In this document: in pieces, positions 58,481-64,000 of the stretch
Numbering within the stretch: position 1 is the stretch's first letter
How the letters are laid out: every line of letters starts with the position of its first letter
Origin: Candidatus Eiseniibacteriota bacterium
GTDB lineage: Bacteria; Eisenbacteria; RBG-16-71-46
Direction: 5' to 3'
Length of the DNA: 64,000 nt
Assembly (NCBI GenBank): GCA_963717505.1
Contig: OY970342.1
Location: 576,001 to 640,000, forward strand
The notes under the pieces: model-generated
What the model saw: only the letters and a program-made list of their open reading frames with translations
Database searches by the model: none
What the model was told of the DNA's origin: nothing
Position numbers and translations under genes: made by a program

Positions 58481-59329
58481 ATGTCGATGTCCCGAGTCGT
58501 TCTGGCGGCTGTCGCCCTGGCCGCCATCGCGGCCCCCGCAGTTGCCGAGCTCAAAACCCCGCGTCCGAGCCCCAATGCGGTGCTCAAGCAGACCATCGGT
58601 CTGACCGACGTGACCGTGACCTACAGCCGGCCAGGCGTGAAGGGCCGCGCGATCTGGGGCGATCTCGTCCCCTACGGCGAGCCGTGGCGCACCGGTGCCA
58701 ACGAGGCGACCACCATCCAGTTTTCCGACGACGTCACCGTGAACGGTAAGCCGCTCAAGGCCGGCACCTATGGTTTTCTCACGATTCCCGGGCAGGAGAG
58801 TTGGACCGCCGCGTTCAACACCAAGTCGGACTTGTGGGGCGCCAACGGCTACGACAAGGCGAACGACGCCCTGCGGCTCGAGATCAAACCCGGCACCGGT
58901 ACCCACCAGGAGTGGATGCGCTTCTCGTTCGAGAACCTTTCCACCGACAACGGGGACCTGGTCCTGGCGTGGGAGCAGCTGACCCTGACGATGACCATCG
59001 GCACCAACAGCACGGCGAAGACGGTGGCCGCCGCCAAGACCGAAGTCGCGGTCGCCAAGGCCGACGATGCGACGACTCGGTTCCGCGCCGCGAGCTTCCT
59101 GCTCGACGTCAATCAGGAACTTCCGCTCGCCACCACGTGGGCAGAGGAGTCGGTCAAGATCAAACCCGGCTACCTAAACCAGCAGGTGCTCGCCAAGCTC
59201 TACGCCAAGCAGGGCAAGAAGAAGGAAGCCACGGCCACCATGGAAAAGGCGATCGCCGCGGGCAAGACCGGCGAGAACCCGTTCGACACCCGCCCGTCCG
59301 AGAAACTGCTCGCCGAGTGGAAGGACTGA
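58481..59329 (+). CDS. DUF2911 domain secreted protein with TPR-like tail
   Basis: AAGGAG RBS; PRPSP, YSRPGVKGR.IWG.LVPYG..WRTGANEAT motifs. Confidence 0.88.
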   Translation: MSMSRVVLAAVALAAIAAPAVAELKTPRPSPNAVLKQTIGLTDVTVTYSRPGVKGRAIWGDLVPYGEPWRTGANEATTIQFSDDVTVNGKPLKAGTYGFLTIPGQESWTAAFNTKSDLWGANGYDKANDALRLEIKPGTGTHQEWMRFSFENLSTDNGDLVLAWEQLTLTMTIGTNSTAKTVAAAKTEVAVAKADDATTRFRAASFLLDVNQELPLATTWAEESVKIKPGYLNQQVLAKLYAKQGKKKEATATMEKAIAAGKTGENPFDTRPSEKLLAEWKD

Positions 59330-59371
59330 GTCGTCGAGGGATCGAAACCCGCATTCGATACCTCGCAACCG

Positions 59372-59401
59372 CGACCCCTGGGACTTCGGTCCCGGGGGTC
59401 G
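59372..59401. terminator. Hairpin between convergent genes
   Basis: CGACCCCTGGGAC-TTCG-GTCCCGGGGGTCG, a cUUCGg tetraloop with one G-U pair. Confidence 0.7.
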
Positions 59402-59438
59402 TTGGCTTCCCCCCGGTTCGCCTCAGCGTCCGGAGCGA

Positions 59439-60962
59439 CTAGGGGTCGTCGAGCGGCACGCTGGCGATCGCGACGTCGCCGCGCTCGAGCTCGTAGTGGA
59501 ATTCGACTCGATCGTAGTCGCGCCAATTCTCGACGTGGCGCTGGATCACCGGCAGCAGGTCGCGCAGGAATCGATTGGCCGGGGTATCGGGACGTGAAGG
59601 ATCGTGTTCGATCCGCCCGTGCGGCTTGCTGGCCAGATCCTCGACCAGGACCGGCAGCTCGACCACCAGATCCCATTGTTTCGCGGTCGCCGTACCGACT
59701 CCCGCCGGCAGGTAGAGCGTCGGCGCTCCATCGCGCACCAGACACAGCTCGACCATGCGCGGCAGGTGCTCCATGGCGTCGAAAGAGACACGCTGATCGC
59801 GGAAGCGCCGGGCGATGCGCTGGGCTTCGACAGGATCGTAATACGCCGCGAGTCGCTCGCCCGCGCGAATGCCGTGGGCGCGGCTGTAGTAGGCGGAATA
59901 CATGTACACGTTGCTTGCCGGCCACCACACCACCTGGCCCACCGCGACCCAGACGATGCCGGCGAGCAGGAACGTGCCGAACGCGATGCCCGCCCGCTCG
60001 CTCCACCCCATCCGTCGCCCTGGCGCACTCGCGAGTTCGTGGGCGCCGTCCCGCTCGAACAGGCCGGCGAACCCCCGCGCGCGGACCGCCGACCAGTCGA
60101 TCAGCAGCGCGAAGCACACGATGTTCTCGAAGTAGCGCGGCCCCATGGTCAGCCGAATGCCGACGTGAAGCCCGATCCAGCCGAGGATGAAGATCGGGCG
60201 CAAACGTCGCGAGAGCAGGGCGACCGGGGAGCCGACCTCGAAGAACAGCGTGAGCCAGGCGGCTATGGCACACAGCCACATCTGTTCGCCCAGGATTGCG
60301 GCCAGCGCACGCTTCGACGCGTCTTCCTCGCCCCAGTAGGCGATGGTGTGACCGTCGGTCCACTGGAGTCCGGTCTCCTGGAGCTTGGTGATGCCGGCGC
60401 AGAAATAGAACGAGACGACGGCGACTAGTACCAGGACGCGCGGAAAGCCGGTGGCGCCGAGACCGGTGGGCGGCGGGGCGACGGGCAGGCCGCGACGACG
60501 CCGAATCGCGGCGTCGGCCGACCATTCCGGATCGGGGGCCGCGAAGCACAGCGCGCCGAGCACCAGCACCGGCAGGTACCAGTTGTGGTTGAACGCGCTG
60601 GTTCCCCAGCAGTAGCCGTGCAGCACGAAGGAGCCGACGGCCGTGAGGATCGCCGAAGTTCGTCCGAACAGACCGACCGCGGCGCAGATCCAGGCGGCGC
60701 CGGTTACGACCGCGATTCCGGCGATCGCTTGAGGCGGCAACCACGGCAAGCTCAACGCTTCGATCAGGCCATGGGCGCGATAGAGGAGCGGGTCGGTCTC
60801 GGCGTAGAGCGCGACCGCGCGCAACGGCGACTTCCAGTGCGTGAGAGCGATGACGAACAGCGCGCCGTAGACGACCAGGCGCAGCCGTCCGTCGAGCGGG
60901 GGCAATTCGGCGAGCCACCAGCGTACCCAGCGGTCGCGAATGGAAGGGGGGCGGCCCGACAT
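59439..60962 (-). CDS. HTTM-like membrane protein
   Basis: FNH, WSADA, YF.AG.TKL...G..W..G, FE...P and LH.GI..TMG motifs. Confidence 0.7.
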   Translation of the reverse strand: MSGRPPSIRDRWVRWWLAELPPLDGRLRLVVYGALFVIALTHWKSPLRAVALYAETDPLLYRAHGLIEALSLPWLPPQAIAGIAVVTGAAWICAAVGLFGRTSAILTAVGSFVLHGYCWGTSAFNHNWYLPVLVLGALCFAAPDPEWSADAAIRRRRGLPVAPPPTGLGATGFPRVLVLVAVVSFYFCAGITKLQETGLQWTDGHTIAYWGEEDASKRALAAILGEQMWLCAIAAWLTLFFEVGSPVALLSRRLRPIFILGWIGLHVGIRLTMGPRYFENIVCFALLIDWSAVRARGFAGLFERDGAHELASAPGRRMGWSERAGIAFGTFLLAGIVWVAVGQVVWWPASNVYMYSAYYSRAHGIRAGERLAAYYDPVEAQRIARRFRDQRVSFDAMEHLPRMVELCLVRDGAPTLYLPAGVGTATAKQWDLVVELPVLVEDLASKPHGRIEHDPSRPDTPANRFLRDLLPVIQRHVENWRDYDRVEFHYELERGDVAIASVPLDDP

Positions 60963-60974
60963 GGCCGATCAATC

Positions 60975-62735
60975 TTAGGCGATGCGCGCTCGCCTCGTCA
61001 CCCGAATAATCATCTCGAACGCCACGGCCAGGAGCACGACCAGCAGGCAACCGATCACGTTGTACCAGAGGAACGAGATCTTGGTCAGCTTGAAGCAGGC
61101 GATCACCGCGACTTCGGCGACCAAGGCCGCGGTGAACACGGCGGTGCCGCCGATGCGCTTGAGGTAGAAGCCGGTGAGGAAGATCCCGAGGATCGTGCCG
61201 TAGAACAGCGAACCCAGGATGTTCACTGCCTCGATCAGCGAGCCGAGCCGGTTGGCGTACTCGGCGAACGTCACGGCAAAGGCACCCCAGAACAAGGTGG
61301 CCAGCACCGACACCCGCACCTCTCGGCGGTCCGCGACCGCGGACGTGCGCACTTCGCCGCCGACGTCAGTGGCCGGCCCGCCATTCGCGCGCCGCCGGCC
61401 GAACGGCGTCCGGCGCCACACGTCGACCACGGTGGTCGATGCCAGGGCGTTGAGCTCGGCCGAAGTCGACGACATCGACGCCGCGAACACCGCGGCCAGC
61501 ATGAGGCCGATCACCCCGGGTGGGAATGTGCTCAGGATGAAGGTCAGGAACACATAGTTGGTGTCGCCGGTCTGCGCCTTGGGATCGTTGCGCTTCATCA
61601 GCTCGACAACCCGCCCGCGCGCCGCCTGGACTTCGGCATGGGCCGCGCGCACCTCGGCCTTCGCGGTCGCGATCTCGGCGGCGTCCCCGGTGCGCCGCGC
61701 GACCAGATACTCGCGCGCCAGTCGCTCGCGTCCCTCGGCCGCCTCACGATGCTCGGCCGCCAGTGTGCGGTATTCACCACCGAGTGGCCCCGCCTCCAGC
61801 TTCTGCACCTCGATCGGATTGAAGTGCGCCGGCTGCGGCACGAACTGATAGCAGGCGAACACCATCGCGCCGGTGAGCAGGATGCAGAACTGCATCGGCA
61901 CCTTGACCAACCCGTTGGTCACGAGGCCGAGCCGGCTCTCGGCCACCGAGCGGCCGGTCAGGTAGCGACCGACCTGGGACTGATCGGTGCCGAAGTAGCT
62001 GAGCGCCAGGAAGCAACCGCCGATCAACCCCGACCACAGGTTGTAGCGATTCTCGAGGTCGAACGACAGATCGAGGGTGTTGAGGCGTCCCTGCACCCCA
62101 GCGACGTGCAGTGCGTCGACGAACGTGACGCCGGCGGGCAACGAGCCGACCGCGAGCACGAAGGCCAGCGCGATCCCGCCGAGCATCACGCAAATCTGGA
62201 GCGACTGGGCATAGTTGACCGCCTTGGTGCCACCGGTTGCGGTGTAGGTCACGACCAGCGCGCCGATCGCGATGTTGGTCCAGAACAGGTTCCAGCCGAG
62301 CAGCACCGAAAGAATGAGCGCCGGCGCGAAGATGGTCAGCCCGGCGGCCAGGCCGCGCTGAGTCAGGAACAAACCCGCCGCCAGCGTGCGGGTCTTGCCG
62401 TCGAAGCGCCGCTCCAGGTACTCGTAGGCGGTGAACACGTGCAGGCGATGGAAGATCGGCACCGCGGTGATGCACAGCACCACCATCGCGATCGGCAGCC
62501 CGAAGTAGAACTGGACGAAGCGCATGCCGTCGGCGAAGCCCTGGCCGGGCGTCGACAGAAACGTGATGGCACTCGCCTGGGTCGCCATGATCGAGAGCGC
62601 GATGGTGCTCCAGCGCATGCGGCGGTCGGCGAGCAGATAGCCGTCGAGATCGCGGCTGCCGCGGCCGCGCCACAAACCGTAGGCGACGATGCCCACCAGC
62701 CAACCGCCGAGCACCAGCCAGTCGAGTGGGCTCAC
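60975..62735 (-). CDS. Sodium:solute symporter family protein
   Basis: SIMATQASAITFLSTPGQ, TAYEYLE.RF, SYFGTDQSQV.RYL and AASMSS motifs. Confidence 0.93.
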   Translation of the reverse strand: MSPLDWLVLGGWLVGIVAYGLWRGRGSRDLDGYLLADRRMRWSTIALSIMATQASAITFLSTPGQGFADGMRFVQFYFGLPIAMVVLCITAVPIFHRLHVFTAYEYLERRFDGKTRTLAAGLFLTQRGLAAGLTIFAPALILSVLLGWNLFWTNIAIGALVVTYTATGGTKAVNYAQSLQICVMLGGIALAFVLAVGSLPAGVTFVDALHVAGVQGRLNTLDLSFDLENRYNLWSGLIGGCFLALSYFGTDQSQVGRYLTGRSVAESRLGLVTNGLVKVPMQFCILLTGAMVFACYQFVPQPAHFNPIEVQKLEAGPLGGEYRTLAAEHREAAEGRERLAREYLVARRTGDAAEIATAKAEVRAAHAEVQAARGRVVELMKRNDPKAQTGDTNYVFLTFILSTFPPGVIGLMLAAVFAASMSSTSAELNALASTTVVDVWRRTPFGRRRANGGPATDVGGEVRTSAVADRREVRVSVLATLFWGAFAVTFAEYANRLGSLIEAVNILGSLFYGTILGIFLTGFYLKRIGGTAVFTAALVAEVAVIACFKLTKISFLWYNVIGCLLVVLLAVAFEMIIRVTRRARIA

Positions 62736-62778
62736 CGCCCGGCTCCGCGCATGCCGCGCGTCCGCGGCGGCATGTCGC

Positions 62779-62904
62779 TCACGAGAACACCCGGGCGAAC
62801 AGCCCGAACAGGACGATCAGCACGATCAGGAAGCCGATCACGACCAGGTAGAGCCGGCGCCAGGAACCCAGGATCGGCGGCGGCTCCTCCGGCACGTCGG
62901 ACAC
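62779..62904 (-). CDS. 41-aa single-TM protein
   Basis: GTG 62904 overlaps the upstream stop; MSDVPEEPPPILGSWRRLYLVVIGFLIVLIVLFGLFARVFS. Confidence 0.7.
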   Translation of the reverse strand: MSDVPEEPPPILGSWRRLYLVVIGFLIVLIVLFGLFARVFS

Positions 62905-64000
62905 TACCGCCCCGCGCTCACCAGATTCGCGAACAAGCGAAAGGCTCCGGGGACCCCGGCCGGCAGCTGCCGGAACCACGAGAAGCCGGTGTAGATGAAC
63001 ACGCCCTTGCCGTGCCGCGCGTAGATCAGCCCGCCGTCGCGCGGCGGCTCGCCCGGATCGTTGGCCGAGAGCACTGCCTCGTAGCCCGGGTCCCACGGGC
63101 TCGCGAAGTAGAGTCCGCGCTCCTGAACCCAGCCGCCGAAGTCGTCGGCGGTGATCAGGTTCGGGCGCACCAGCAGCGGATGCTGGGCGCTCGGAAAGCG
63201 CACCTCGGCGGTCTCGACCGAGACGCGGTTGCGCGAGATCGTGAACGGCAACGGACCGAGTTTGCCGTCGAGCGCGCGGTCCGCGGTCTGGTACTGGACG
63301 ACCAGCGTGCCGCCGCCACTGACATAGTCGATCAGCCGGGGCTGAAGCGCGCGCAGGCGCGGTCGCGTGTTGTAGGCGCGGACCCCGACCACGATTGCGT
63401 CGAAGCGCGACAGGCTGCCGGCGCCGATGTCGTCGTCCTCGAGCAGGCTGACGCGGTATCCCATCTGGCGCAGGGCGTCGGGGATCCCGTCGCCGGAGCC
63501 CATGATGTAGCCGATCTCGCTGCCCAGGTGCTGGACGTCGGCACGCACCAGCTTGGCCCGGGCCGGCGGAAAATTCGACTGGATCGGAATGTGGGGATAG
63601 TCGATCCGCTCGATGTTGCGCGCGTACTCCTTGCCCCCGGACTCGAAGATCGCGGTCACCGATCCGACGGTGGCCGTCGCCCCGCCGCGCAATCCGGCAT
63701 CGGGCGGATACACGGTGAAGCGGGTGCTGGCCTCAGCGTTGGCGGCGAGTTCGAGCGTCTTCCCGGTCGGAGTCGCGCGCCAGCCCTCGGGCAGTTCGAG
63801 TCGGAGCGTGCCGGACATCGGTTGCGTGCCGGTTTGCGCGACGACCAGGACCTCGACCGGATCACGGGTCGGGAACAGATAGACCGGGCGGTCGAGCCGC
63901 ACGCCGACCGGGGGCGCGATCTCGAGTGGGCGATAGCGCTCGCCCTGGACCGGGTCGGTCCAGCGGTAGACGATGGGACGGTCGAAGATCAGTCGCTGAC
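62904..64000 (-). CDS. PIG-L family deacetylase, C-terminal part (NEW3-like plus GATase-like domains); 5' end outside window
   Basis: IDYPHIP, IGYIMGSGD, GVRAYN, GWVQERGLYF and FRQLPAGVPGA.RL.ANL motifs. The PIG-L domain itself is inferred from the family architecture. Confidence 0.8.
   Translation of the reverse strand, partial: QRLIFDRPIVYRWTDPVQGERYRPLEIAPPVGVRLDRPVYLFPTRDPVEVLVVAQTGTQPMSGTLRLELPEGWRATPTGKTLELAANAEASTRFTVYPPDAGLRGGATATVGSVTAIFESGGKEYARNIERIDYPHIPIQSNFPPARAKLVRADVQHLGSEIGYIMGSGDGIPDALRQMGYRVSLLEDDDIGAGSLSRFDAIVVGVRAYNTRPRLRALQPRLIDYVSGGGTLVVQYQTADRALDGKLGPLPFTISRNRVSVETAEVRFPSAQHPLLVRPNLITADDFGGWVQERGLYFASPWDPGYEAVLSANDPGEPPRDGGLIYARHGKGVFIYTGFSWFRQLPAGVPGAFRLFANLVSAGR

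Overview
A 64-kb high-GC bacterial genomic window. The gene repertoire (FlgD/T9SS-type C-terminal domains, kinase-TolB-TPR protein, DUF2911, PIG-L/SSS module) suggests an FCB-associated candidate lineage such as Ca. Eisenbacteria; this is inference only. The backbone is a dispersed nucleobase-catabolism supercluster. Reductive pyrimidine degradation is encoded by mmsA, beta-ureidopropionase, hydA, a class III aminotransferase, preT and preA, all on the minus strand across 34 kb. Purine degradation is encoded by three xanthine-dehydrogenase-type subunits, uraH, uraD, allB, alc and an uncharacterised aldolase/lyase-fold gene; no uricase or ureidoglycolate lyase is recognisable. Interleaved are icd and pntAA/AB/B, a LiaF-like/LytS-LytTR operon with a triple 21-bp-period LytTR box, and three secreted proteins sharing a C-terminal sorting-type domain, one carrying a duplicated Cys-rich domain I cannot assign. 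There is also an island encoding a lipoprotein with seven near-identical 306-bp repeats, flanked by kinase, integrase and IS91-like remnants. preA, hydA and the lyase-fold gene are frameshifted, most likely from sequencing or consensus error. No rRNA, tRNA or CRISPR array was seen.
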